64,000 nt of DNA from an uncultured bacterium (lineage in GTDB: Bacteria > Zhuqueibacterota > QNDG01 > DTFT01): assembly GCA_963736115.1 (NCBI GenBank), contig CAVTNR010000002.1, positions 96,001 through 160,000 on the forward strand. Reading direction: 5' to 3'. Positions 9,864 to 18,699 of this stretch are shown here, in pieces. Below the pieces are notes generated by a model. The model was not told where the DNA came from, searched no databases, and was given only the letters and a program-made list of their open reading frames with translations. The position numbers were made by a program, and so were the translations under genes. Every line of letters starts with the position of its first letter. Within the stretch, counting starts at the first letter, position 1.

Positions 9864-10116
9864 TTGAAGCTCCCCGCCGTCCCGCTGCGCGGGACCAAGC
9901 AATTAGATGCCTTCTGATTGAAGGCAAGCGGCGGGGAATCTTCTATCTGTAGAGAAGAAACATCTGAGATTCGCTCGCATAACCCCGCGGCCCCGCTGCG
10001 CGGGATCTAGCAATCATACTTACGAATTATTGAAGACAAGCCGCGGGCCTTCAACAAGAAAAGATCTTGTTGCTTGGTCCCGCGCAGCGGGGGAATACGC
10101 TCGCTGTCAGATTCAA
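9864..10116. repeat. composite palindromic repeat (TTGAA...TTCAA ends, two CCCCGCSGCAAGCSGCGGGG hairpins) carrying three 44-45 bp inserts
   Basis: Removing the inserts at 9881-9924, 9992-10036 and 10048-10091 restores two GC hairpins; the ends match copies at 3893 and 20937. Confidence 0.8.
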
Positions 10117-10136
10117 CGGGGATATCGATCCTTCAT

Positions 10137-10165
10137 AAATTAGCATTTGTTCGGGCGGGAGTCAA
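10137..10165 (-). promoter_or_regulatory. sigma70-type promoter for the PAP2-macro-amrS genes
   Basis: Minus strand TTGACT-N17-TAATTT with TG extension. Confidence 0.6.
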
Positions 10166-10173
10166 CACATTCC

Positions 10174-11442
10174 TTACGCGAACACAACGCGCTTGTGACG
10201 TTTCTTGCCCGCAGACAGGACCAGGGCCCCGTCTTTCAAGTCCGCGGACGAGATCTCGAGGGAGGGGTCGCTCACGGGCCTGTCGTTGATGTAGGCGCCG
10301 CCGCCCTGGATGAGACGCCGGGCCTCGCCGTTCGAGGCGCACATTCCGGACTCCACGAACAGCTTCACCACCCAGAGCTTCTTGTCCAGGAGGGAGACGG
10401 GCAGGGTCACGGCAGGCAGTTCCGCCTGGCCGGACTCCACGCCGAGAATGCCGGACGATGTGGCGACCTTTTGTTCCGGGTCCGCGGAGCCGAACTGCGA
10501 GGTCATGGAGCGGTATGCGGCCACGGCCTGCTCACGTCCGTGGGACAGCCGGGTTGCTTCGTAAGCGAGAATCTCCTTGGCCCGGTTGACATTCTCCCCG
10601 GTCAGCCGCCGGACCTCGTCCATGGGGAGCCGCGTGAAGAGGCCGAGATACCGCTCGACATCCCGGTCGTCGGTGTTGCGGAAGTACTGGTAGAAGTCCA
10701 CGACGGGCGTGCGGGCCGCGTCAAGCCAGACGGCATTGCCCGCGGACTTGCCGAATTTTTCGCCCGACGCGGTGGTGATGAGCGGGAAGGTCATTCCGTA
10801 CACCTGGCGGTTGAGCTTGCGCCGCGTCAAGTCGGACCCCGCCACGATGTTGCCCCACTGGTCCTGGCCGCCCATCTGAAGCAGGCAGTCATGGTCGCGG
10901 GCCAGCACGTAGAAGTCGTACGCCTGAAGCAGCATGTAATTGAATTCGATGAAGGACAGCCCGGTCTCAAGCCGGAGCTTGACGCTTTCCGCCGTAAGCA
11001 TCTTGTTGATGCTGAAATGCACCCCCACGTCGCGCAGGAATTCGATGTAGTTCAGTGGAAGAAGCCAGTCCGCGTTGTTGAGCAGAAGCGCCCGGTCGGC
11101 GGTGAAGTCGAGGTACCGGGCGAACTGGCTTTTGATTTTCAGGCCGAACGCCTGGATCTTTTCGACGGTGAGCATCTGCCGCATTTCGGACTTACCGCTC
11201 GGATCGCCCACCATGGTCGTACCGCCGCCCAGAAGCGCGATCGGCCGATGGCCGCAGGACTGCATGTGGACCAGGGCCATGATGGGCACCAGACTGCCGA
11301 TGTGCAGGGAATCCGCGGTCGCGTCGAATCCGATATAGCAGGTCACGGGCTTCGAGCCGAGCATGGCGTCGAGGCCGTCGTCGTCGGTCGTCTGGTGGAG
11401 GAAACCCCGTTCTTTCAGGATGCGGAAGGCGTTGCCCGTCAT
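10174..11442 (-). CDS. tyrS: tyrosine--tRNA ligase
   Basis: YIGFDATADSLHIGS (HIGH), QMGGQDQWGNI, KFGKS (KMSKS), C-terminal S4 domain SNGEARRLIQGGG. Confidence 0.97.
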   Translation of the reverse strand: MTGNAFRILKERGFLHQTTDDDGLDAMLGSKPVTCYIGFDATADSLHIGSLVPIMALVHMQSCGHRPIALLGGGTTMVGDPSGKSEMRQMLTVEKIQAFGLKIKSQFARYLDFTADRALLLNNADWLLPLNYIEFLRDVGVHFSINKMLTAESVKLRLETGLSFIEFNYMLLQAYDFYVLARDHDCLLQMGGQDQWGNIVAGSDLTRRKLNRQVYGMTFPLITTASGEKFGKSAGNAVWLDAARTPVVDFYQYFRNTDDRDVERYLGLFTRLPMDEVRRLTGENVNRAKEILAYEATRLSHGREQAVAAYRSMTSQFGSADPEQKVATSSGILGVESGQAELPAVTLPVSLLDKKLWVVKLFVESGMCASNGEARRLIQGGGAYINDRPVSDPSLEISSADLKDGALVLSAGKKRHKRVVFA

Positions 11443-11484
11443 TCGGTCTCCGGTGTCATGAGTGATTTCCGAATCTACACTTCA

Positions 11485-11669
11485 TGTCATTCCCGCGAAA
11501 GTTTCATTTTGAATCCGCGTCAGCGGACGGGGATCCAGTCTTTGTATTACTTCTATAATAGCCTCGGCAGACCCTTCCCCCGCACCTGGACCTTCGGCCG
11601 CTTAAAAATCGCGGGCCTTCAATATATCGAGAATATAATCGCTTGGTCCCGCGCAAGCGGGGCATGACA
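11485..11669. repeat. REP-like element TGTCATTCCCGCG...GCATGACA (copy B) with a 26-bp insert and a 46-bp insert
   Basis: Terminal inverted TGTCAT/ATGACA; inserts at 11502-11527 and 11616-11661. Confidence 0.75.
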
Positions 11670-11719
11670 TACCGTATTTGCTCATTAGAAACGGAGAAAT
11701 GTGATGAATCCTGCCTTCG

Positions 11720-12181
11720 TCACCCCTTCTTCCGCATCGCACGCTCGATGGCCCGCTTGGCGTCGCGCTCGGCCAGGTCTTCCCGGCGGTCGTACAGTTT
11801 CTTGCCGCGTCCCACCGCGAGCTCGACCTTGGCCTTGCCTCCTTTAAAATACACCTTCAGCGCCACCAAAGTCAATCCCTTTTCCTGTATCTTCCCGGTC
11901 AGTTTTCGGATTTCCTTGCGGTGCATCAGCAGTTTCTTCACGCGGAGAGGCTCGTGGTTGAACCGGCCGGCCTTCTCATAGGCGCTGACATGGAAATTAT
12001 ACAGAAAGACTTCGCCGTTCTCGATGCGGGCGTAACCGTCCTTGAGATTGGCGCCCCCGGCCCTGAGCGATTTGACCTCGGTGCCGTGCAGAGCCAGTCC
12101 AGCCTCGAAAGTGTCGAGGATGGTGTAATCATGCCTCGCCTTGCGGTTCTGTGTGACGATTTTTATATTGTCATCAGACAT
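11720..12181 (-). CDS. smpB: SsrA-binding protein
   Basis: NRKARHDY, EAGLALHGTEVKSLR, KLLMHRKEI, GKKLYDRRE. Confidence 0.97.
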   Translation of the reverse strand: MSDDNIKIVTQNRKARHDYTILDTFEAGLALHGTEVKSLRAGGANLKDGYARIENGEVFLYNFHVSAYEKAGRFNHEPLRVKKLLMHRKEIRKLTGKIQEKGLTLVALKVYFKGGKAKVELAVGRGKKLYDRREDLAERDAKRAIERAMRKKG

Positions 12182-12210
12182 TCAGTCTAATCCTAAAAAT
12201 ATCAGCAGCT

Positions 12211-12263
12211 TGTCGTTCCCGCGAAAGTGTATTTTCCATCCGCGCCAGCGGACGGAGACCCAG
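12211..12263. repeat. REP-like repeat copy C with 25-bp insert
   Basis: TGTCGTTCCCGCGAAAG-TGTATTTTCCATCCGCGCCAGCGGA-CGGAGACCCAG. Confidence 0.75.
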
Positions 12264-12307
12264 GGGTTAGGGAGGGGGGGTTATATGATACAACTCCGAC
12301 AAAACCC

Positions 12308-12336
12308 TTGACATTTCCCCCTGAAATCTTTATTTT
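12308..12336 (+). promoter_or_regulatory. sigma70 promoter of tRNA-Leu
   Basis: TTGACA-N17-TATTTT ending 9 nt before the tRNA. Confidence 0.75.
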
Positions 12337-12345
12337 ACAGCCCTT

Positions 12346-12429
12346 GCCGAAGTGGTGGAATTGGCAGACGCGCTGCGTTCAGGGCGCAGTGTCCTTAAGG
12401 ACGTGTGGGTTCAACTCCCACCTTCGGCA
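12346..12429 (+). tRNA. tRNA-Leu(CAG)
   Basis: GCCGAAG/CTTCGGC acceptor stem, D-loop GGAATTGGCAGAC, anticodon arm CTGCG-TTCAGGG-CGCAG, long variable arm, GGTTCAACTCC T-loop. CCA is not fully encoded. Confidence 0.95.
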
Positions 12430-12435
12430 CCCTTG

Positions 12436-12465
12436 GCCCCGGGCTTTCAGTCCGGGGCTTTTTTT
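12436..12465 (+). terminator. intrinsic terminator after tRNA-Leu (convergent with polA)
   Basis: GCCCCGGGCT-TTC-AGTCCGGGGC followed by T7. Confidence 0.85.
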
Positions 12466-12472
12466 ATCGTCC

Positions 12473-15259
12473 TTAATGCGCCTCAAACCAGTTCTTTCCG
12501 AAGCCCACATCCACTTTCACCGGCACGGAAAGCGTAATCGCTCCCTCCATTTCATCCCGGACCATGGCCGAAAGCCTGTCCTTTTCCCCGTCCGGCGCCT
12601 CGAACACCAGCTCATCGTGTATCTGCAGGATCATCTGGGCCTTCCAACCTTCCTGCTTCAGGCGTTTCTCGATCCGGATCATGGCGATCTTGATCAGGTC
12701 CGCGGCCGCGCCCTGTATCGGCGTATTGACCGCGGTACGCTCCGCGAAATCCCGCAGGTTCCGGTTGTCGCTTTTCAGCTCGGGCAGGTAACGCCTGCGG
12801 TTCAGGATGGTCGTGACGTACCCGTTCCGGTGCGCCTCCGCGACCGTGCGGGCAATGAACTCGCTGACGGACGGGTACCGGGCGAAATACGCGGTGATGA
12901 AGCGCTGGGCCTCGTCGTTCGGAATGCCCAGCCGCGTCGCCAGGCCGAACGCGCCCATGCCGTACAGCACACCGAAGTTGATGGTCTTGGCCTGCCTGCG
13001 CTTCTCGTCCGTGACCTCCTCCGGCGCGAGGCCGAACACCTCGGCCGCCGTCCTGCGGTGCACATCCTCGCCGCTCCGGAACGACGCGGTGAGCGTCTCG
13101 TCGCCGGACAGGTGCGCCATGATGCGCAATTCGATCTGGTTGTAGTCCGCCGACAGGATGCTCCAGGACCGGTCCCGGGGAACGAAAGCCTTCCGGATCT
13201 CGCGGCCCAGGTCGGTCCGGACCGGAATGTTCTGCAGATTGGGGTCGCTGGACGACAGCCGGCCCGTCGCGGCCACGGTCTGGTTGAACGAAGCGTGCAC
13301 GCGGCCGGTCAGGGGGTTGACGAGCGCCGGGAGCGCGTCGACGTAGGTGGATTTCAGTTTCTGAAGCTGGCGGTAATCCAGAAGCCTGCGGGGAAGCGGA
13401 TGGCCGGAAAGAGCCTCGAGCACGCTCACGTCCGTGGCGTATCCGGTCTTGGTCTTCTTCGGTTTCTTCCAGCCCGCGGCCTCGTGGACTTTCAGCTTTT
13501 CGAACAGAATGCGGCCGAGCTGCTGGGTCGAATTGAGGTTGAACGGCTCGCCCGCGATCGACAGGATGTCGGCCCGTATGGACTCCAGCTCCTTTTCCAT
13601 GTCCCGCGACATCCGGCCGAGCAGGTCCGTGTCCAGTGAGACGCCGTTCTCCTCCATATCCGCCAGTACGCTGACCAGGGGCATTTCCACGTCGTGGAAA
13701 AGGGATTCGAGGGATGCCGCCTTGAGCCGCGGCTCGAAAACGCCGCGGAGCCGGAAGGCGGTTTCCGCGTCCTCGCATGCGTATTCCGCGATTTTTTCCA
13801 GTTCGACTTCGGCCATCGAAATCTGCTTCGCGCCCGATCCGATCAGCGACTTGGTGGAAATTTTCTCAAGGTTGAGATATTCAAGCGCGAGCGCGTCGAT
13901 TCCGAAAGCCCTGGCCGATGGATTGATCACATAGGCCGCCACCATGGTGTCGAAATCCACGCCGGCCAGTTCAATGCCGTGGCGGCGCAGGACCAGCATG
14001 TCGTACTTGATGTTCTGCCCGCATTTCCGCACCGCCGGATTCTCCAGAACCGGTTTCAGCCGCCGGAGCGCGGAAACGGAATCAGCGCCCTCATCCGACG
14101 TGAACAGATCGCCGCGGAAATGCGTCCCCGGAAGACGGACCGGCACGTACCACGCCTCGCCCGCCTTCCACGAGAAGGACAGGCCCACGATCTCCGCTTC
14201 CATCGGACGCAGGGAGGTCGTTTCAAGGTCCACCGAGAATACAGGGACGGACGCCAGCGAGGCCGCCAGGCTGTCGATTTCAGATTCGGTTTGCGCGATC
14301 CGGTAGTCCCGGCCAGCCGACGATCCGGCCCCCGTAGCGGCCGGACCGGATCCGGATTTTCCGGAATCCAGATCGACCAGGGCGTTGATAAACCGCGTGA
14401 ATTCCAGGTCCTTGAACAGCGCAATCGCCTTTTCCCGGTCAGCGGACCGGGCCGCGAGATCCTTCAGATCAACAGGGAGCGGAAGGTCGGTGCGCAGGGT
14501 GACCAGATCCCTGGAGAGCATGGCCTGCTCCCGTCCCGCGGCCAGCTTGTCCCGCAGTGCCTGTCTGGGGATGCGGTCCAGCTTTTGATAGACCGCGTCG
14601 ATGGATCCGAATTCCGTGATCAGCTCGCCGGCCGTCTTGGGCCCGATGCCCTTGACCCCGGGCACATTGTCCGAAGCGTCACCCATGAGGCCGAACAGGT
14701 CGACGATGCGGTCCGGCTTCACGCCCCATCTGGCCTCGACTTCGGATGGTCCGGTAATCTCCGCCTCGCCTCCTGTGCCGGCCTTGCTCAGGCTGTACAT
14801 TCGGATCCGCTTCGATACAATCTGCATCATGTCCTTGTCCGCGGTCACCAGATACACGTCCAACCCCTGTTCCGCCGCGCGCAACGCCAGAGTGCCCATG
14901 ACGTCGTCCGCCTCAAAGCCTTCGGATTCGATAACGGGAATATTGAAGGCCCGGACCAGATCGCGGATCACCGGCATTTCCGAGGCCAGTTCTTCCGGCA
15001 TTTTCTCGCGGGTGGCCTTGTATTCCGGAAAGGCCTTGTGACGGAAGGTCGGGGCGGCCATGTCAAAGGCGCAGGCGATGTAGTCGGGTTTTTCGTCGCG
15101 TAGGATTTTCAGGAGGGTGTTGGTGAATCCGAAAGAACCGCTCGTGTGCATGCCTTTGGAATTGACCAGCGGGTTCCGGATGAACGCAAAATGCGCCCGA
15201 TAGGCCAGGGCGGTTCCGTCCAGCAGAAACAGCCGCTCAGGACCGCGGTTGGAAGCCAT
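12473..15259 (-). CDS. polA: DNA polymerase I
   Basis: 5'-3' exonuclease (LLDGTALAYRA, EADDVMG), 3'-5' exonuclease (DLETT), polymerase motifs ADYNQIELR, RQAKTINFGVLYG and QIHDELVFE. Confidence 0.97.
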   Translation of the reverse strand: MASNRGPERLFLLDGTALAYRAHFAFIRNPLVNSKGMHTSGSFGFTNTLLKILRDEKPDYIACAFDMAAPTFRHKAFPEYKATREKMPEELASEMPVIRDLVRAFNIPVIESEGFEADDVMGTLALRAAEQGLDVYLVTADKDMMQIVSKRIRMYSLSKAGTGGEAEITGPSEVEARWGVKPDRIVDLFGLMGDASDNVPGVKGIGPKTAGELITEFGSIDAVYQKLDRIPRQALRDKLAAGREQAMLSRDLVTLRTDLPLPVDLKDLAARSADREKAIALFKDLEFTRFINALVDLDSGKSGSGPAATGAGSSAGRDYRIAQTESEIDSLAASLASVPVFSVDLETTSLRPMEAEIVGLSFSWKAGEAWYVPVRLPGTHFRGDLFTSDEGADSVSALRRLKPVLENPAVRKCGQNIKYDMLVLRRHGIELAGVDFDTMVAAYVINPSARAFGIDALALEYLNLEKISTKSLIGSGAKQISMAEVELEKIAEYACEDAETAFRLRGVFEPRLKAASLESLFHDVEMPLVSVLADMEENGVSLDTDLLGRMSRDMEKELESIRADILSIAGEPFNLNSTQQLGRILFEKLKVHEAAGWKKPKKTKTGYATDVSVLEALSGHPLPRRLLDYRQLQKLKSTYVDALPALVNPLTGRVHASFNQTVAATGRLSSSDPNLQNIPVRTDLGREIRKAFVPRDRSWSILSADYNQIELRIMAHLSGDETLTASFRSGEDVHRRTAAEVFGLAPEEVTDEKRRQAKTINFGVLYGMGAFGLATRLGIPNDEAQRFITAYFARYPSVSEFIARTVAEAHRNGYVTTILNRRRYLPELKSDNRNLRDFAERTAVNTPIQGAAADLIKIAMIRIEKRLKQEGWKAQMILQIHDELVFEAPDGEKDRLSAMVRDEMEGAITLSVPVKVDVGFGKNWFEAH

Positions 15260-16532
15260 CTCGACGCACCCCCTCTTTCTCCGGATCGATGAAACGGAAC
15301 ACATCTCCGTCGGTCTCACGGCACCACGCGTGCCACGAACCCCTCGGCAGCAAATTGAGGGAGGCGAGGGCTTCGAAAGCCGCCCGCACATCCGTCGAGG
15401 CGGGAAGCCGGAGGGCATAACCCATGGGAATTTCCTTCTCCCCGGCCAGCACGGCTTTCCGAAACGCCGGATTCAATGCGGCCAGCGTGTCACCGTCCGC
15501 GCCGAAAACCCGCTTGACCGTTTCCAGCTTCAGCGGCACCGGAAGCGCCACAACCGCGAACCGGTCCGGAGGCATGGGGCTAAAAGAGCCGAAATGGGTC
15601 TCCGGATCGGAGGCCACACGCACCGCCGCCAGAAATTCCGCGTAAAAGTTCTTGGAGGCGAATCCGAACGGCTTGGCCTCATAGGCGTGGATGATTTCCA
15701 TGAGGTCGTCGGTGTTCAGCTCCTGCATGGCCTTCCGAATGGAAACCAGTCCATGGTTGTATGCGGTCACGGCCAGGGGCCACCGGCCGGTCTTCTCATA
15801 ATTGCGTTTCAGCAGACGCGCCGCCGCGTCCGCGGACAGCAGGGGATCATAACGTTCGTCGATCGCGTCGTCCACGGTCATGAACAGCCGGCCCGTATCC
15901 CGCGTGAACTGCCAGGCGCCCGCGGCGCCGGCCTTGGACAGGGCTTTGTGATTGAAGGAAGATTCCACGTGCGGCAGGTAAACCAGCGCATCGGGCAGGC
16001 CCCTGTCACGGAAAATCCTCCGGATTTCCCCGAGATACCGTCCGGACCGGATCAGGCCCTCCAGGAAGGATTCGGCCAGGCCGGACTGAGGCCGGATGCG
16101 CTCAGCCGAGCGGCGGAGCGTCTCCGGCGTCGGCGAAGATCCGAACAGCCGGATCAGGCGCTTTTCCTCGTCCGTTCCCGTCGTGTCCCCAGCGACGCGT
16201 TCCGCCAGCCGCTTGAGCATGGAGGCGATGCGGTCCCGCTCCTCCGCCGCCTTTTTCTCCCGCTTTTTTTTCTGGTTCGTAATATCGGGGGACAGGCCGG
16301 TGACGTCCACAATCGCATAGATCCGTCCGGGCTCGTCCATGTCGTGCAGGAGAATCCGGTCCCGCGAAGTGCGCGTGAAGACGTCCACCCAGAAGCGGAC
16401 GCTGGACTCCAGCTCGGGCGGAGAGGGAAAATCCGGACCGGCCGCGCTTCCGGCCGGACAGACAGCCGGAACCAGCCCCAGCGCAACGGACGCGGCGAGC
16501 CCAACGGCCAGCCGCCTGATTCCACATTTCAT
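15237..16532 (-). CDS. lytic transglycosylase (SLT/MltD-like) with signal peptide
   Basis: PHVESSF, AAGAWQF, AVTAYNHG and FASKNFYAEFLAA motifs. Confidence 0.85.
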   Translation of the reverse strand: MKCGIRRLAVGLAASVALGLVPAVCPAGSAAGPDFPSPPELESSVRFWVDVFTRTSRDRILLHDMDEPGRIYAIVDVTGLSPDITNQKKKREKKAAEERDRIASMLKRLAERVAGDTTGTDEEKRLIRLFGSSPTPETLRRSAERIRPQSGLAESFLEGLIRSGRYLGEIRRIFRDRGLPDALVYLPHVESSFNHKALSKAGAAGAWQFTRDTGRLFMTVDDAIDERYDPLLSADAAARLLKRNYEKTGRWPLAVTAYNHGLVSIRKAMQELNTDDLMEIIHAYEAKPFGFASKNFYAEFLAAVRVASDPETHFGSFSPMPPDRFAVVALPVPLKLETVKRVFGADGDTLAALNPAFRKAVLAGEKEIPMGYALRLPASTDVRAAFEALASLNLLPRGSWHAWCRETDGDVFRFIDPEKEGVRRDGFQPRS

Positions 16533-17986
16533 CCGTTTCCGCTCCGCTCCAGGGCTTCGGCCACGAACCTGCGGCATTTTTCGCGCCCCAGGATCTCGGC
16601 TGTTTTCGGAAGCTCCGGACCGTGCGCCTGGCCGGTCAGCATGACGCGGATCGGCATCCAGAGGTTTTTGCCCTTGATTCCCGTTCCCTTCTGGATTTCC
16701 TTCATCACCGCGAGAAAGAGCTCGGGATCCCATGCAACCAGGGGCCCCGTCCGTTCGAGAAAATCAACGCCGATGCGCCGCGCCTCCGGAGACCGGAGAA
16801 TCGCTTCGGCTTCGGCATTCTCCGGAACAACGGTTTCGGCGGAGAAAACAGCCGCTTTCTCAGGCACCTGCGACAGCCGGTCCACCGCGCTCTGCAGTAG
16901 GTCCGTCACCTTCCGGATTTCGGCATGCGGCCCACCGGTCGCTCCAGCGTCCCCGAAGAAGGGGAGCGCGAGTTCGTAGAACCGGCCGGGGTCCAGGGCC
17001 CTCAGGTACTGACCGTTCATCCAGTCCAGTTTTTCGGTGTTGAACACGGCCGGGGATTCGGATACGCGATCGAAATCAAACTCCCGGACGAGGCGCTCCA
17101 TACCGAGAATTTCGTCCCCGGACGCGGAGGACCAGGACAGCAGGGAGAGAAAGTTGACGAGCGCCTCGGGCAGATAACCCGCCGCCCGGTACTGGTCGAC
17201 GGACGTGGCGCCGTGCCGCTTGGACAGCCGCTCCCGGTCCCCGCCGAGTATCATCGGGATGTGCGCGAAAGCCGGCGGCGTCCATCCCAGCGCGAGATAG
17301 AGCAGAACCTGCCTAGGCGTGTTCGAGACATGGTCGTTCCCGCGGATGACGTGGGTGATGTCCATATCATGGTCGTCCGCGACGCAGGCGAAGTTGTACA
17401 TCGGCATGCCGTCGCCGCGGGAGAGAACGAAGTCGCCGATGGTTTCGTTCGCGAAACCGATGGGCCCCTTGATGAGGTCGTGGAACCGGGTTTCGCCGGG
17501 TTCCACGCGGAACCGCATCGCGGGACTGCGGCCTTCGGATTCGAAGGCTTTTCGCTTCGCCTCAGTAAGGTCGCGGCATTGGCCGTCGTAGGCCGGCGAT
17601 TCCCCGCGGGCCAGCCGCTCCTGCCGCCTCGCCTCGAGCTCGTCCGGCTTGCAGTAGCAGGGATACACCCGGCCCGATTGCACCAGCCCGTCCATCCGAT
17701 CGTGGTACAGATTCAGCCGCTCGGACTGGCGGTAGGGACCGTGCGGCCCGCCGCAATCCGGACCCTCGTCCCAGTGAAGACCGAGCCAAGCCAGGTCCCG
17801 CAGAATCGACATCTCGCTCTCGCGGGTCGAACGCTCCCGATCCGTGTCCTCGATGCGCAGGATGAAGGAGCCCCTGTGGTGGCGCGCGACAATCCAGTTC
17901 ATGACCGCTGTGCGCGCGTTGCCGATATGCAGGTGACCCGTCGGGCTCGGCGCGAAACGGGTGCGGACATTTTTTTTAGTGGTCAT
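16529..17986 (-). CDS. gltX: glutamate--tRNA ligase
   Basis: RFAPSPTGHLHIGNART, LRIEDTD, CYC zinc knuckle, RLSKRHG. Confidence 0.97.
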   Translation of the reverse strand: MTTKKNVRTRFAPSPTGHLHIGNARTAVMNWIVARHHRGSFILRIEDTDRERSTRESEMSILRDLAWLGLHWDEGPDCGGPHGPYRQSERLNLYHDRMDGLVQSGRVYPCYCKPDELEARRQERLARGESPAYDGQCRDLTEAKRKAFESEGRSPAMRFRVEPGETRFHDLIKGPIGFANETIGDFVLSRGDGMPMYNFACVADDHDMDITHVIRGNDHVSNTPRQVLLYLALGWTPPAFAHIPMILGGDRERLSKRHGATSVDQYRAAGYLPEALVNFLSLLSWSSASGDEILGMERLVREFDFDRVSESPAVFNTEKLDWMNGQYLRALDPGRFYELALPFFGDAGATGGPHAEIRKVTDLLQSAVDRLSQVPEKAAVFSAETVVPENAEAEAILRSPEARRIGVDFLERTGPLVAWDPELFLAVMKEIQKGTGIKGKNLWMPIRVMLTGQAHGPELPKTAEILGREKCRRFVAEALERSGNG

Positions 17987-18108
17987 CTTGTCTTCAAATC
18001 CTTGAAATATCACTTCTTCATCAGGAGTTCTCTTTGTTCCGAATTCCGAGTTCCGGGTTTCGAGTTACGAACTTTTAAAACCCCCACCCACCCGGAACGA
18101 TCAACCGA

Positions 18109-18699
18109 CTATGACTTTTTCCTCTTCCTCAATATCCACCACGCAACCAGCCCGAGAACGAGGATGCCGAACGCGATCCGGTGATAGTTATCCACGATCA
18201 GCCGCCAGTTGTCGCCGGCCCACAGGCCCACGGCCATGAGAAGGCCGTTCCACAGCGTGCATCCGGCGAGTGCGTACAGAAAAACCTTCCGGCCGTCGAT
18301 CGCCGCAATGCCGGCGGCGAACGAAACCACGGCCCGGAACCCGGAGAGAAAACGGTTGAATACAAGCACCCGGTCGCCGTACCGGCTGAACCAGGCCTCG
18401 ACCCGGTCCAAGCGCTCCTGCGAGAAAAATCGCGCCCGCCGGCCCGTGAACCAGGCCCTTCCCCACTTCCGGCCGACCGCGTAGCATGCCATGAACCCGA
18501 GCACGCTTCCAGCCAGAGTCGACAGATAGGCGGGCAGAAAGGACAGCTTGCCCCGGCCCACGAGAAACGCGCCGAGCACCGTGACCGTGTCGCCGGGCGC
18601 GGGAGGGAACACATTCTCCGCAAAGGAACTGGCGAAGAGAATCACATATCCCCAGGGTTCGGCAACCGAAGAAAGCACTGCGCCGATCCGGTCGATCAC
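18109..18699 (-). CDS. DedA family membrane protein
   Basis: ENVFPPAPGD, FSRYG and NRFLSGFRAVVSFAAG motifs; GTGA overlap with the ispF stop. Confidence 0.9.
   Translation of the reverse strand: MIDRIGAVLSSVAEPWGYVILFASSFAENVFPPAPGDTVTVLGAFLVGRGKLSFLPAYLSTLAGSVLGFMACYAVGRKWGRAWFTGRRARFFSQERLDRVEAWFSRYGDRVLVFNRFLSGFRAVVSFAAGIAAIDGRKVFLYALAGCTLWNGLLMAVGLWAGDNWRLIVDNYHRIAFGILVLGLVAWWILRKRKKS

Noticed and set aside
9881-10091. CRISPR array (conserved GGTCCCGCGCAGCGGG resembles type I-E repeats and the cores are variable)
   Set aside because: Copies are in mixed orientation and irregularly spaced, cores are only 17-18 nt with a second fixed flank, other copies are dispersed, and no cas genes are present.
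11443-11719. T-box riboswitch upstream of tyrS
   Set aside because: No T-box consensus seen; the gap is explained by the REP-like composite.
12346-12473. Integrative element at tRNA-Leu or next to smpB
   Set aside because: The tRNA is followed directly by its terminator and polA. No integrase, duplicated tRNA 3' end or tmRNA was recognised.
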